Part shown: positions 34,082 to 46,411 of the stretch, piece after piece | Layout: the number at the start of each line of letters is the position of its first letter | How positions within the stretch are numbered: the first letter of the stretch is position 1 | Assembly (NCBI GenBank): GCA_033854915.1 | Contig: JAWWPM010000053.1 | Coordinates: 1-54,324 of the forward strand | Direction: 5' to 3' | Length of the DNA stretch: 54,324 nt | From: Nocardioidaceae bacterium | GTDB taxonomy: Bacteria; Actinomycetota; Actinomycetes; Propionibacteriales; Nocardioidaceae | Notes under the pieces: generated by a model | What the model was told of the DNA's origin: nothing | Databases searched by the model: none | What the model saw: the letters and a program-made list of their open reading frames with translations, nothing else | Translations under genes and position numbers: made by a program

Positions 34082-36423
34082 GGTCTCGCGTCCTCCTTCT
34101 CGCCGCCCAGGCCTGCCTGCTCGGGCTCTGCGTGTCATTCCTGGTCGTGCCCGCCAGCGCCCTGTTCCTGGCGAGGTACGGCGCCGAGGGTCTGCCGTTC
34201 GTCTACCTCGCGGTCGCCGTCCTCGGCGTCGCACTGTCCCGCGGGCTGCGCGGTCTCCAGGCCCGGCTCTCGCTCACGGCCGTCGCGGTCTGCTGCATCG
34301 GCGCGTACGTCGTGCTGGTCGCGGCCGGGTGGGCCCTCCTGCGGTTCGGCGACCAGACGTGGGTCTCGGCCGTGCTCGTGGGCCTCTTCCCGCTGGCGAT
34401 CCCGGTCGGATTCGTGCTGGTCGGGACCCAGGCCGGCCGGCTGCTGGACGTCCGGGCCATGAAGCGCTACTTCGCCCGCATCGTCGCCGGGTTCTCCCTG
34501 GGCTTCGCGGTCGGCGGTGCGGGCGCGGCGTTCCTGACGGGTCCGTTGGGCGGGCCCGTGGACCTGCTGCTCGTCGACGCCGTGGTCGGCGTGGCCTTCC
34601 TGGGGGCGGCGGTGGCCGCGGGCCGGACGTTCCCCACGGAGCTGGCCCGGCACCCCGAACCCGTCGTCGAGCATCGCAACCTGAGCAGCGGTCCCGCTCC
34701 GCGCAGCCCCCTGGTGACCGTGCTCTTCGGCTACCAGCTCCTCTCGGCCGCGGTCACCCAGCTGCTCGACTACCTGGTCTGGGAGCGCGCGGCGTACCAC
34801 TTCCCGGACCCCAGCGACCTGGCCCGCTTCCAGGGCTACTTCGGCACGGCGATCAACGTCGTCGCGCTGGCGTTCGTCTTCCTGGTGGCCGGACCGCTGC
34901 TCGTGCGGTCGGGCGAGCGCGGCGGTCTGGCGGCCAACCCGCTCGTGGTCGTGCTCCTGCTCGCGGTGAGCGCCGTGGTCGGGTTGGTGTCGGGTGCGGC
35001 GGCGATGATCTTCTTCGTCGTGCTGGGCGTCCAGCAGGTCGTGCACATCGCGTTGACCGACGGGATGACGCGCAGCGCCATCAACACCTCCTACCAGGCG
35101 CTCGAGGCTCCGGTCCGGCTGCGCGCCCAGACCGTTGTCGAGGCGGCCGGTGTCCCGGTCGCCCTGGGCTTCGTGGGCGTGCTCCTGCTGGTGTTCCGGA
35201 TCGCGCACCTCGACGTCCGCGCGGTGGTCGTGGTGACCCTGGTGCTGTCCTCGGCGTGGCTGGTGCTCGCCGCCGCGTCGTACCGCGGCTACCGGCACGG
35301 GGTGCTCGCCCAGGTCACCGCCCGGCCCTGGGAGCCCGTCGACCTCGTCGAGTCGGACGGCGACGCCGTCGACGCGATGCTCCACAGCGACGACCCTCGC
35401 GACGTCGTCCTGGCGCTGGCCGCGGTCCGTCAGGGAGGGTCGCGGTCCTGCGTCGAGCTGGCGCCGTTGCTCGAGTCTGCCGACCCCTACGTCCGCATGG
35501 TGGCCGTCTGCCGGGCCGTCGGGGAGGGAGGTCCGGCCGCACCGGCCGGGGAGCACACGTGGCTCGCGGCGATGTCGGGAGCCGACCCGGTGGTGCGCGA
35601 CGCCGCCCTGGCCGGCTGCGCCGCGGGCCCCCATCCCTGGTTCGTCACCCGGCTGCTGGACGAGGTCGAGTCGGCCCCGCCGAGCGCAGCCCTGACCGAC
35701 GCCGTCCGGGCCCACGGCCCCGACCTGGCGCCGGTCGCGGTGCAGCGGCTCTCGCTGACCGAGGACCGGCAGGTCCGGCAGCGGCTGACCCGGGCGCTGG
35801 GAGTGGTCCGTGACGACCTGGCCGAGACCCCGGCCGGTCTGCCACCGCTGAGCAGCGAGCTGGACCCCCGGGCCGCCCGGGTCGCCCGCGCGCTGGCCGC
35901 GGCCGACTCCCTGGGCAGCGAGCAGGAGCTCGAGCCCCTGCGGCGCGGCCTCCTGGAGGACGTGACGCGCTCGGCGGACGCCGTGGCGGAGGTGCTGGCG
36001 ATGTACCACGGGCACCGTCGCGTCGAACGCGTCATCGCCGAGCTCGGCGCGACCGTCGGGGACGGTGAGTCGATGGCGGTCGAGCTCCTCGAGGTGCTGG
36101 AGGGCCGGCGCGCGGGAGTCCGTCTCGCCGCCGTGCTCGACCCCGACCTGGAGCCGCACGAGCGGCTGGCGGTCCTCGATGGGACCCACGCTCCCCGGCA
36201 GACCGCGGCCGACTGGGTGGCCGAGCTGGTGACCGACCCCGACGGGCGGTGGTCCGACCCGTGGCTGCGGGCCTGTGCACTGCACGCCGCCCCGACCGTC
36301 CTCGGCACCGCCGCGGCCGACGTCGTACGTCCCTGGTGTGACGACGCGGACCCGGTCGTGGCCGAGACCGCGCAGGCGGCGCTGGGCCGCAGCCGCCCCG
36401 ACGGCGGCCCGGGAACGCCCTAG
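34078..36423 (+). CDS. MFS/Npt(TLC)-like ~12-TM domain fused to HEAT-like repeats
   Basis: ATGA overlap; ALFLARYGAEGLP, LDVRAMKRYF; C-terminal DPYVR, DPVVR, DPWLRACAL, DPVVAETA repeats. Confidence 0.75.
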   Translation: MRSRVLLLAAQACLLGLCVSFLVVPASALFLARYGAEGLPFVYLAVAVLGVALSRGLRGLQARLSLTAVAVCCIGAYVVLVAAGWALLRFGDQTWVSAVLVGLFPLAIPVGFVLVGTQAGRLLDVRAMKRYFARIVAGFSLGFAVGGAGAAFLTGPLGGPVDLLLVDAVVGVAFLGAAVAAGRTFPTELARHPEPVVEHRNLSSGPAPRSPLVTVLFGYQLLSAAVTQLLDYLVWERAAYHFPDPSDLARFQGYFGTAINVVALAFVFLVAGPLLVRSGERGGLAANPLVVVLLLAVSAVVGLVSGAAAMIFFVVLGVQQVVHIALTDGMTRSAINTSYQALEAPVRLRAQTVVEAAGVPVALGFVGVLLLVFRIAHLDVRAVVVVTLVLSSAWLVLAAASYRGYRHGVLAQVTARPWEPVDLVESDGDAVDAMLHSDDPRDVVLALAAVRQGGSRSCVELAPLLESADPYVRMVAVCRAVGEGGPAAPAGEHTWLAAMSGADPVVRDAALAGCAAGPHPWFVTRLLDEVESAPPSAALTDAVRAHGPDLAPVAVQRLSLTEDRQVRQRLTRALGVVRDDLAETPAGLPPLSSELDPRAARVARALAAADSLGSEQELEPLRRGLLEDVTRSADAVAEVLAMYHGHRRVERVIAELGATVGDGESMAVELLEVLEGRRAGVRLAAVLDPDLEPHERLAVLDGTHAPRQTAADWVAELVTDPDGRWSDPWLRACALHAAPTVLGTAAADVVRPWCDDADPVVAETAQAALGRSRPDGGPGTP

Positions 36424-36432
36424 CATCCACTC

Positions 36433-37581
36433 GTGTCGTTCCTCGACCTGGCGATCGTGTGTGCGGTCGCCCTGGCCGGCCCCGTGCTGGCGGCGCCGCT
36501 GCGCTGGCACCTGCCGGTGGTGCTCGGTGAGCTGCTGGTCGGCGTGGTGCTGGGAGTCACCGGCTTCGCGGTCCTGGACGCGAGCGACACCACGTTCACC
36601 TTCCTCGGCAACGCGGGCTTCGTGCTGGTGATGTTCGTGGCCGGCACGCACGTCCCGGTCCGCGACGAGCGGATCCGCGCCGCCCTGCGCACCGGCGTCT
36701 TCCGGGCGGCGCTGGTGGCCGTGGTCGCCGTCCTCCTGGCGTACGGCGTCGCCCGGGTCGTGGGGGTCTCGCACGCGCCGCTCTACGCGGTCCTCATGGC
36801 GTCGTCGTCCGCGGCCCTGGTGCTGCCGACCGTGGCGTCGCTGGGCCTGGCCGGTCCGGCCCTGGTCGACCTGCTCCCGCAGGTCGCCGTGGCGGACGCC
36901 ATGTGCATCGTCCTGCTCCCGCTGGTGATCGACCCGGCCCACGTCGGTCGGGCCGCGCTCGGTGCCGCCGTGGTGCTCCTTGCCGGCGGGGTGTTCTTCC
37001 TGCTGCTGCGCCAGGTGGAGCGGAGCGGGGTCCGCGAACGCGTGCACCGGGTCTCGGAGGACCGGCAGTTCGCGGTCGAGCTCCGGGTCAGCCTGGCCGC
37101 GATGTTCGCCTTCGCCGCGCTCGCGGTCTCGGTGCACGTCTCGCTGATGCTCGCCGGCTTCGTCGCCGGCCTGGCGGTCTCCGCCGTGGGCGAGCCGCGG
37201 CGGGTGGCCAAGCAGCTGTTCGCGGTGACCGAGGGCTTCTTCGGCCCGGTGTTCTTCGTCTGGCTGGGGGCCGGGCTGCAGCTGCGCGACGTGGACCACC
37301 ACCCGTCGATGATCGTCCTGGGGCTGTGTCTCGGGGCCGGGGCGACCCTGGCCCACCTGGCGCCGGTCGCGCTGCGCCAGCCCACGCCGTACGCCCTGCT
37401 CGCGACGGCCCAGCTCGGCGTCCCGGTCGCGGCGACCACCATCGGCACCCAGCTGGGGCTGCTCCGGCCGGGCGAGGGGGCGGCGCTGATCCTCGGCGCC
37501 CTCGTAGCCCTCGCCGTCACCGTCGCCGGCGGATCCCTGGCCGCGCGGACGTCCCCCGGGTCGCCCCCTGTGACCTCGTGA
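36433..37581 (+). CDS. Cation:proton antiporter (CPA2)
   Basis: PVVLGELLVGVVLG, GFVLVMFVAG, FFGPVFFVWLG. Confidence 0.85.
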   Translation: MSFLDLAIVCAVALAGPVLAAPLRWHLPVVLGELLVGVVLGVTGFAVLDASDTTFTFLGNAGFVLVMFVAGTHVPVRDERIRAALRTGVFRAALVAVVAVLLAYGVARVVGVSHAPLYAVLMASSSAALVLPTVASLGLAGPALVDLLPQVAVADAMCIVLLPLVIDPAHVGRAALGAAVVLLAGGVFFLLLRQVERSGVRERVHRVSEDRQFAVELRVSLAAMFAFAALAVSVHVSLMLAGFVAGLAVSAVGEPRRVAKQLFAVTEGFFGPVFFVWLGAGLQLRDVDHHPSMIVLGLCLGAGATLAHLAPVALRQPTPYALLATAQLGVPVAATTIGTQLGLLRPGEGAALILGALVALAVTVAGGSLAARTSPGSPPVTS

Positions 37582-37614
37582 GCGGTTGTCGGCACGGCTG
37601 GTTAGGGTTCAGGA

Positions 37615-39717
37615 GTGGAGTCACCCCTCGCGCTGTATCGGCGCTACCGACCCGAGACCTTTGCCGAGGTCATCGGGCAGGACCACGTGACCGAGCCGCT
37701 GCGCGCCGCTCTCGCCGGCAACCGCGTCAACCACGCCTATCTCTTCTCCGGCCCCCGCGGCTGCGGCAAGACCACCTCGGCGCGCATCCTGGCCCGTGCC
37801 CTCAACTGCGAGCAGGCACCGATCGCGGACCCGTGCGGCGAGTGCGACTCCTGCCAGGACCTCGCCCGCGGCGGCTCGGGGTCGATCGACGTGATCGAGA
37901 TCGACGCAGCCTCCCACGGCGGCGTCGACGACGCCCGCGACCTGCGCGAGAAGGCGTTCTTCGCGCCGGTGCGCAGCCGCTACAAGGTCTACATCATCGA
38001 CGAGGCGCACATGGTCAGCACGCAGGGCTTCAACGCCCTGCTCAAGCTGGTCGAGGAGCCGCCGCCGCACCTGCGCTTCATCTTCGCCACCACCGAGCCG
38101 GAGAAGGTGCTGCCGACGATCCGGTCGCGCACCCACCACTACCCCTTCCGGCTGATCCCGCCGCGCCTGCTCTCGTCCTACCTCTCCGAGCTCTGCGACA
38201 AGGAGGGCGTCGCCATCGAGCCGGCGGCGCTCCCGCTCGTGGTGCGGGCCGGCGGCGGGTCCGCCCGTGACACCCTCTCGGTCCTCGACCAGCTGATGGG
38301 CGGTGCCGGGCCCGCCGGCGTGACCTACACCCTCGCGGCGGGGCTGCTCGGCTACACGCCCGACACCCTGCTCGACGAGGTGGTCGACGCGTTCTCCGCG
38401 GGCGACGGCGCCGCGGTGTTCGGTGTGGTCGACAAGGTGATCGAGACCGGTCAGGACCCTCGTCGCTTCGCCGAGGACCTGCTCCGCCGCCTGCGTGACC
38501 TGGTGATCGTCTCCGCCGTGCCCGACGCACCCGCGACCGGTCTGATCGACATCGCCGAGGATGCCGCCGAGCGCCTTGTCGCCCAGGCCGCCCGCTTCGG
38601 TCCCGCCGAGCTCACCCGCGCCGCGGACCTCGTGGCCACCGGGCTCACCGAGATGCGGGGGGCCACCGCGCCGCGGCTGCTGCTCGAGCTGATCTGCGCC
38701 CGGGTGCTCCTGCCCGGGGCCGACCACTCCACCGAGGGCGTCCAGGCGCGCCTCGACCGGCTCGAGCGCCGGGTCGCCATCTCCGGGGGCGACCCCGGTC
38801 AGCCGGTCCGGCCGCCCGCCGGGGCGACCGCGCCACGGGTCGAGGCACCTGCCCCGACCGCCCAGCCGACCGCCCAGCCGACCGCCCAGCCGCCGGCCGC
38901 CCAGCCGACCGCGCAGCCGCCGCCCGCCCGGCGGGCAGAGGCTCCGGGCCAGGAGCCCACGTCCGCCGAGCCGGCGGCAGCGCCGGGCGAGTCGCCCGCC
39001 TCCCAGTCGAGCGGGCCGGTGGTCGAGGAGAGTCGCGACCCGGAGCCCGTGCCTCCCGTCGCCGAGCCGGTCGCACCACCGGTCGAGCCGGCCAGCACCT
39101 CGTCCGAGCCCGCGACCACCACCGCGGCCGGTTCGCCGCTCAGCCTGGTCGACGTCCGCCGGCTCTGGCCCGACATCGTCGAGGCGACCAAGCAGCGTCG
39201 ACGCGTCACCTGGATCCACCTCACCCAGCAGGCCCAGGTCGTGCAGGTCGACGACAAGACGCTGACCCTCGGCTTCGGCAACGCGGGGGCCCGCGACTCC
39301 TTCGACAACGGCGGCAGTGCCGAGATCGTCCGTCAGGCCGCCATCGACGTGGTGGGCCATGACTGGCGGGTCGAGACCATCGTCGACCCGGGTGCGCAGC
39401 CCGCCGCCGCCCCGCCACCGGCCGCGACCGAGAGCGCCCCGCCGACCCCTGCGACTCCCGACTCCTCGGCCGACCTCGAGCCCGACCCGGGCCCGGACGA
39501 GCCGCCGCCGTGGGTCGAGCCTCCCTCGGCGTCCGCCCGCCAGGCGATCAGCGCGACCCGCACCCAGGAGCAGGCCGCCGCGGAGGCGGCCCCGGCCGAT
39601 GCCGACGGTGGGGCCCGCCACGACGACATCGACGCCGAGACCACCGGCCTCGACGGCGCCCAGCTTCTCCAGGAGGCCCTCGGTGCCGAGGTCATCGAGG
39701 AGATCCCCCACCAGTGA
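37615..39717 (+). CDS. dnaX: DNA polymerase III subunit gamma/tau
   Basis: LYRRYRP, GPRGCGKT, Zn Cys cluster, IIDEAH. Confidence 0.97.
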   Translation: MESPLALYRRYRPETFAEVIGQDHVTEPLRAALAGNRVNHAYLFSGPRGCGKTTSARILARALNCEQAPIADPCGECDSCQDLARGGSGSIDVIEIDAASHGGVDDARDLREKAFFAPVRSRYKVYIIDEAHMVSTQGFNALLKLVEEPPPHLRFIFATTEPEKVLPTIRSRTHHYPFRLIPPRLLSSYLSELCDKEGVAIEPAALPLVVRAGGGSARDTLSVLDQLMGGAGPAGVTYTLAAGLLGYTPDTLLDEVVDAFSAGDGAAVFGVVDKVIETGQDPRRFAEDLLRRLRDLVIVSAVPDAPATGLIDIAEDAAERLVAQAARFGPAELTRAADLVATGLTEMRGATAPRLLLELICARVLLPGADHSTEGVQARLDRLERRVAISGGDPGQPVRPPAGATAPRVEAPAPTAQPTAQPTAQPPAAQPTAQPPPARRAEAPGQEPTSAEPAAAPGESPASQSSGPVVEESRDPEPVPPVAEPVAPPVEPASTSSEPATTTAAGSPLSLVDVRRLWPDIVEATKQRRRVTWIHLTQQAQVVQVDDKTLTLGFGNAGARDSFDNGGSAEIVRQAAIDVVGHDWRVETIVDPGAQPAAAPPPAATESAPPTPATPDSSADLEPDPGPDEPPPWVEPPSASARQAISATRTQEQAAAEAAPADADGGARHDDIDAETTGLDGAQLLQEALGAEVIEEIPHQ
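38854..38917 (+). repeat. 12-bp in-frame tandem repeat (PTAQ)n in the DnaX linker
   Basis: ccgaccgcccag x3 followed by two degenerate copies. Confidence 0.8.
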
Positions 39718-39764
39718 GCAGCGACCGACCGACCCGACGACCCACGAACGACAGGTGACCTGAC

Positions 39765-40139
39765 ATGACCGGCAACCCCTTCGACGCCCTCGGCGGCGAC
39801 CAGCCCGGCGGGTTCGACCTCCAGGGCCTGCTCGCCCAGGCGCAGCAGATGCAGGAGCAGCTCGAGAGCGCCCAGGAGCAGCTGGCCGATGCGCGCGTTG
39901 AGGGCACCGTCGCCGGCGGTGCCGTCACGGTCACCCTGAACGGCATCGGCGAGCTCCAGGCGGTGCAGATCAAGGCCGGCGGCTTCGACGGCACCAGCGA
40001 GGACGACCTGAGCGACCTCGGCGATCTGATCGTGGCCGCCTACCGCGACGCCAAGAGCCGGGCCGACGGGCTGGCCAGCTCGGCGCTCGGCCCGCTCTCC
40101 GGCGGCGGCATGCCCGGTCTACCCGGCATGGGCGGGTAG
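39765..40139 (+). CDS. YbaB/EbfC nucleoid-associated protein
   Basis: QAQQMQ, GTVAGGAVTV, DLIVAA; dnaX-ybaB-recR synteny. Confidence 0.93.
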   Translation: MTGNPFDALGGDQPGGFDLQGLLAQAQQMQEQLESAQEQLADARVEGTVAGGAVTVTLNGIGELQAVQIKAGGFDGTSEDDLSDLGDLIVAAYRDAKSRADGLASSALGPLSGGGMPGLPGMGG

Positions 40140-40148
40140 GCAACTCCT

Positions 40149-40745
40149 TTGTACGAAGGCATCGTCCAGGACCTCATCGACGAGCTCGGGCACCTGCCCG
40201 GCGTCGGTCCCAAGGGCGCGCAGCGGATCGCGTTCCACCTGCTCCAGGCCGAGCCCGCCGACGTACGCCGTCTGGCCGAGGTGCTGCTCGAGGTGAAGAG
40301 CCGGGTGCGCTTCTGTGCGATCTGCTTCAACGTCTCCGAGGACGAGCAGTGCCGGATCTGCCGCGACCCGCGCCGCGACCAGACGGTCCTGTGCGTGGTC
40401 GAGGAATACAAGGACGTCGTCGCCATCGAGCGGACCAAGGAGTTCCGGGGCCGCTACCACGTGCTCGGCGGCGCGATCTCCCCGATCGACGGCATCGGTC
40501 CCGACCAGCTCCACATCACCGAGCTCTTCAAGCGACTCTCCGACGGCGCGATCACCGAGGTCATCCTGGCCACGGACCCCAACCTGGAGGGCGAGGCGAC
40601 CGCCACCTACCTCACCCGTATGCTCAAACCTCTGGAGCTACGCATCACCCGGCTCGCGAGTGGGCTACCGGTCGGTGGCGACCTGGAGTACGCCGACGAG
40701 GTCACTCTCGGGCGGGCCTTTGCAGGGAGGCGAACCGCCGAATGA
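40149..40745 (+). CDS. recR: Recombination protein RecR
   Basis: LPGVGPK, C4 zinc finger, Toprim [18 protein letters not shown]. Confidence 0.97.
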   Translation: MYEGIVQDLIDELGHLPGVGPKGAQRIAFHLLQAEPADVRRLAEVLLEVKSRVRFCAICFNVSEDEQCRICRDPRRDQTVLCVVEEYKDVVAIERTKEFRGRYHVLGGAISPIDGIGPDQLHITELFKRLSDGAITEVILATDPNLEGEATATYLTRMLKPLELRITRLASGLPVGGDLEYADEVTLGRAFAGRRTAE

Positions 40746-41374
40746 CCAACCAGACCACTACCGACGAGCTGATCGCGGCGGCGGCCACGCTGCCGCCCAT
40801 GGAGCCGGCCGACGAGTTCGCCGCGCAGATCGCCGACCAGGTGGAGAGCTTCCTGATCGCCGTGCGCGCGGTGGCCACCGAGGGTGACCTCGGCACCGGC
40901 ATCTCGATCCTGCTGCTCGAGATCAGCCAGGTGCTGCTGGCCGGCGCCCGGCTCGGGGCCCAGGTCGACTTCACCCCCGACGGCGACTACCAGCCCGACG
41001 TCGGGCCCGACGCCGATCTCGACGGGCTGCGGCTGCGCCTGGCGGACCTGTTCGACAACCTCGACACCTACAGCTTCGTCTTCGACCCCTACGACCCCGA
41101 GCAGGTCGAGAGCCAGATCTCCGACGACCTGACCAGCATCGCCGCAGACCTCGAGAACGGCCTGCGCCACTTCCGGCTGGGCAACACCGCCGAGGCCCTG
41201 TGGTGGTGGCAGTTCTCCTACGTCTCGTCGTGGGGCAATCTCGCCGGCGCCCTGCTGAACGCGTTGCTGTCGGTGGTCGCGCACGACCGGCTCGACGTGG
41301 AGTTCACCGGCGAGTCCGACCAGGTCGCCGCGGCGAACGAGATGTTGGAAGCCGCCCCCGAGGGTCCCCGATAG
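40742..41374 (+). CDS. DUF5063-like protein
   Basis: [15 protein letters not shown]; recR-ask position. Confidence 0.8.
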   Translation: MTNQTTTDELIAAAATLPPMEPADEFAAQIADQVESFLIAVRAVATEGDLGTGISILLLEISQVLLAGARLGAQVDFTPDGDYQPDVGPDADLDGLRLRLADLFDNLDTYSFVFDPYDPEQVESQISDDLTSIAADLENGLRHFRLGNTAEALWWWQFSYVSSWGNLAGALLNALLSVVAHDRLDVEFTGESDQVAAANEMLEAAPEGPR

Positions 41375-41539
41375 CCCGTCACCCCGGCAGCCACCCGCGC
41401 CCGGTGTCGTCCGAGGACGTCCCACAGCGCACCCTGAGATGGATCCCCGACCGGAGGCGGCGCACCGGTAAACTCGACCGGGTCGCAGCGTCGCGCCAAC
41501 CCGTCATCGACCTTCCCCAGGACCCGCAGTGAGCCCTTC

Positions 41540-43887
<2,348 letters not shown>

Positions 43888-43890
43888 GCC

Positions 43891-44763
43891 TCAGCGCACG
43901 CGCTCCCCGGGCTCGACGTACGTCGTGGTCAGCCACCAGGCCGCCGCGTAGGTCGCCATCGCCACCAGTGGGACCACGATCACCATCCACCAGTGGAAGA
44001 TCACCGGCAGCAGCGCGAGCAGGATGACCACCACCAGCAGCCCGACGCCGAGGAAGCTGGTGCTGCCGTGGGCGTCGACGCCGGCAAGGCGCAGCAGCAC
44101 CGAGCCGAGGAACACCATCGCGACGGTGATCACCAGCAGCAGGAGGAAGCCGGGCTTGCCGCACGACGACGTGCCGCGCACCGATGAGCACAGGTGCAGG
44201 CTCGCCGAGGTCAGGCCGACCAGGGCCAGCCCCACCACCGCACCCGTCAGCAGCGCGACCAACGGCCCGGGGAGGTGGAGGCGGGGCAGTGTGCGCCGGG
44301 CCGGCGGCCCAGCGGCCGGCTGCTCGTCGGTCGCAGCCATCACGGCGGCGGGCAGTACGGCGGTCGAGTCGGTCTCCGGCAGCCCGATCGGCCCGGGCGT
44401 CGTCGCCGGGCCCGGAGGCTCGGGCGGAGCCACCATGGTGGGGGCGTCGGATGCTGCGGGCGCGGTCGGTTGCCCGGGCTCCGGGGCCGGAACGGGCTCG
44501 CTGGGCGGAGCCGCCGGAATCGCCGGCTCGACGGGCTGGAGAGGCGCGAGGGGCTCTCCGGGCTCGGGGGGCGTCGCGGGCTCGACGGGCTCGAGAGGGG
44601 CCGTGGTCGCGGTCGGCTCGATCACGTGCGTGTCGTCGGACTTCGTCGGCGGGGACACGGCCTTCTTGTCGCGCTTGCGCCCGAACCGCAGCGCCGACCT
44701 CAGGCTCGGCAGCTCCAGCGAGGGATCGTCGTTCCCGGGATCGGGGCGCTCCTCATCCGCCAT
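43891..44763 (-). CDS. Hypothetical membrane protein with Pro-rich N-terminus
   Basis: PxEP repeats followed by 4 TMs. Confidence 0.7.
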   Translation of the reverse strand: MADEERPDPGNDDPSLELPSLRSALRFGRKRDKKAVSPPTKSDDTHVIEPTATTAPLEPVEPATPPEPGEPLAPLQPVEPAIPAAPPSEPVPAPEPGQPTAPAASDAPTMVAPPEPPGPATTPGPIGLPETDSTAVLPAAVMAATDEQPAAGPPARRTLPRLHLPGPLVALLTGAVVGLALVGLTSASLHLCSSVRGTSSCGKPGFLLLLVITVAMVFLGSVLLRLAGVDAHGSTSFLGVGLLVVVILLALLPVIFHWWMVIVVPLVAMATYAAAWWLTTTYVEPGERVR

Positions 44764-44824
44764 GGGGGCAGTGTGCCACGCGCCGGCGCCTTGTCCGCCC
44801 GTCGTACCCGGGATTCTCCAGCCC

Positions 44825-45754
44825 TCAGTGCCCCGCGTGCTCGGGAGGCTCGGCGTGGATGCGGCGCCCGAGCGAGGAGGCGTCGTAGATGTCGTGGCGG
44901 TGGTCGACCTGCAGCGTGGTGTGGTCGATGGCGAAGCGCTCCAGGATCAGCTCCTCGAGGAACACCCGGCGCTCGTGGCAGTCGGAGCCGGCGGCGACCA
45001 GCACGTGGGCGGAGAGTGCCGGGAAGCCGGAGGTGACCTCCCAGACGTGCAGCTCGTGGACGTCGCTCACGTCGGGGACGGCCCGGATGGCGGCCTCGAT
45101 CGCGGCAGGGTCGAGGTTGCGGGGCGAGGCCTCGAGGAAGATCCGGCCGCTGTCGCGGAGCAGTGCGTACGACGCACGCGCCATCAGGGCGGCCACGACC
45201 AGCGCCGCCACGGCATCGGCCCGGCCCCATCCGGTCGTCAGCACCACGAGGCCGGCGACGAGGGTCGCCACGAAGGCGAAGAGGTCGTTGAGGACGTGCT
45301 GGAAGGCGCCCTCGACGTTGAGGCTGCGACGGTCGGCGCGCCGGATCAGCAGCGTCGCGGCGAGGTTCACCGCGATCCCGACCGCGGCGGTGACCGCGAC
45401 CAGCCCGCCGTGCACGTCGGGCGGGTCGGCGAGTCGCCTGATGGCCTCGTAGGTGAACACGACCACGAGCACCGCCAGGGTCACGCCGTTGAGCTGGGCC
45501 GAGAGGATCTCGACCCGCTTGAGACCGTAGGTGTAGGCGCCCTGCGCGGGCCGCGCCGCCAGCCGGATCGCCACGATCGCCAGCCCCAGGGCCGCGGCGT
45601 CGGTGAGCATGTGCCCGGCATCGGTGACCAGCGCCAGCGAGCCCGCGAGGACGCCGACCACGACCTCGGCCACCATCAGGCCGAGGATCAGCGTCAGGGC
45701 GGCGCCCAGGAGGCGACGGTCGGCATCGGGACTGTGCCCGTGGTCGTGCGCCAT
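44825..45754 (-). CDS. Cation diffusion facilitator (CzcD/ZitB type)
   Basis: DAGHMLTD, HVLND, HELHVW, HTTLQ. Confidence 0.92.
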   Translation of the reverse strand: MAHDHGHSPDADRRLLGAALTLILGLMVAEVVVGVLAGSLALVTDAGHMLTDAAALGLAIVAIRLAARPAQGAYTYGLKRVEILSAQLNGVTLAVLVVVFTYEAIRRLADPPDVHGGLVAVTAAVGIAVNLAATLLIRRADRRSLNVEGAFQHVLNDLFAFVATLVAGLVVLTTGWGRADAVAALVVAALMARASYALLRDSGRIFLEASPRNLDPAAIEAAIRAVPDVSDVHELHVWEVTSGFPALSAHVLVAAGSDCHERRVFLEELILERFAIDHTTLQVDHRHDIYDASSLGRRIHAEPPEHAGH

Positions 45755-45797
45755 GCCGTCCTCCTCAGTCGGTCACGACCCATGATCCCCCACCGCC

Positions 45798-46169
45798 TCA
45801 GGCCGGAGGCTCCTGGCTGACCAGGCCGAGCAGGTTCCCCTCGCTGTCGCGGACGAACGCCTGCCACTCGTCGGTGCCGGCCGGGCCGAGCACGTCGTCC
45901 GCGTGGCTGAAGATCACGTGCGGCTCGGACTCGATCGGCTGGCCGGCCGACCGCAGCCGTTCGACGCTCTCGCGCACGGAGTCGACCCGGAGGTAGAGGA
46001 CGGCGCTCGGCGCCCCGCGCTCCAGGAGCAACCGGGTGCCGGCGAGATCGAAGAAGAGCAGACCGGGCGGGTCGAACCGGCCCGTCGGTGCGGTGCCGAG
46101 CAGCTCGCTGTAGTACGCCGCCGCGCGGTCGAGGTCGTCGGCGTGCTGGGCCACCTGGACGAGCTGCAT
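45798..46169 (-). CDS. VOC/glyoxalase family protein
   Basis: DLDRAAAYY, FVRDSEGNLLGL. Confidence 0.88.
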   Translation of the reverse strand: MQLVQVAQHADDLDRAAAYYSELLGTAPTGRFDPPGLLFFDLAGTRLLLERGAPSAVLYLRVDSVRESVERLRSAGQPIESEPHVIFSHADDVLGPAGTDEWQAFVRDSEGNLLGLVSQEPPA

Positions 46170-46195
46170 CACCTCAGGCTATCCCCCGCGAACGA

Positions 46196-46225
46196 CGAAC
46201 CCCCGACCTGATGGTCGGGGGTTCG
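46196..46225 (-). terminator. Hairpin downstream of tRNA-Pro
   Basis: 13-bp stem cgaacccccgacc/ggtcgggggttcg. Confidence 0.7.
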
Positions 46226-46234
46226 GGGTCCTTC

Positions 46235-46311
46235 TGGTCGGGCTGACAGGATTTGAACCTGCGGCCTCCTCGTCCCGAACGAGGCGCGCTACCAAACTGC
46301 GCCACAGCCCG
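46235..46311 (-). tRNA. tRNA-Pro(CGG)
   Basis: CGGGCTG acceptor stem, anticodon arm CCTCG-TTCGGGA-CGAGG, GGTTCAAATCC, CCA. Confidence 0.97.
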
Positions 46312-46411
46312 ATCGCCGCGTCCGGCGCGAGCCGGCCGACGAGCCTCGGCGAGCATACCGGGTGCTCGGAGGCGCTCCGAATCCCGGTCTCGCGCCGGAA
46401 GACGAGGCCCG

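Noticed and set aside
37615-39717. Programmed frameshift in dnaX
   Set aside because: No A-AAA-AAG or poly-A slippery site seen
41375-41539. Lysine riboswitch upstream of ask
   Set aside because: No recognisable L-box consensus; a TAAACT -10 near 41469 would leave too short a leader
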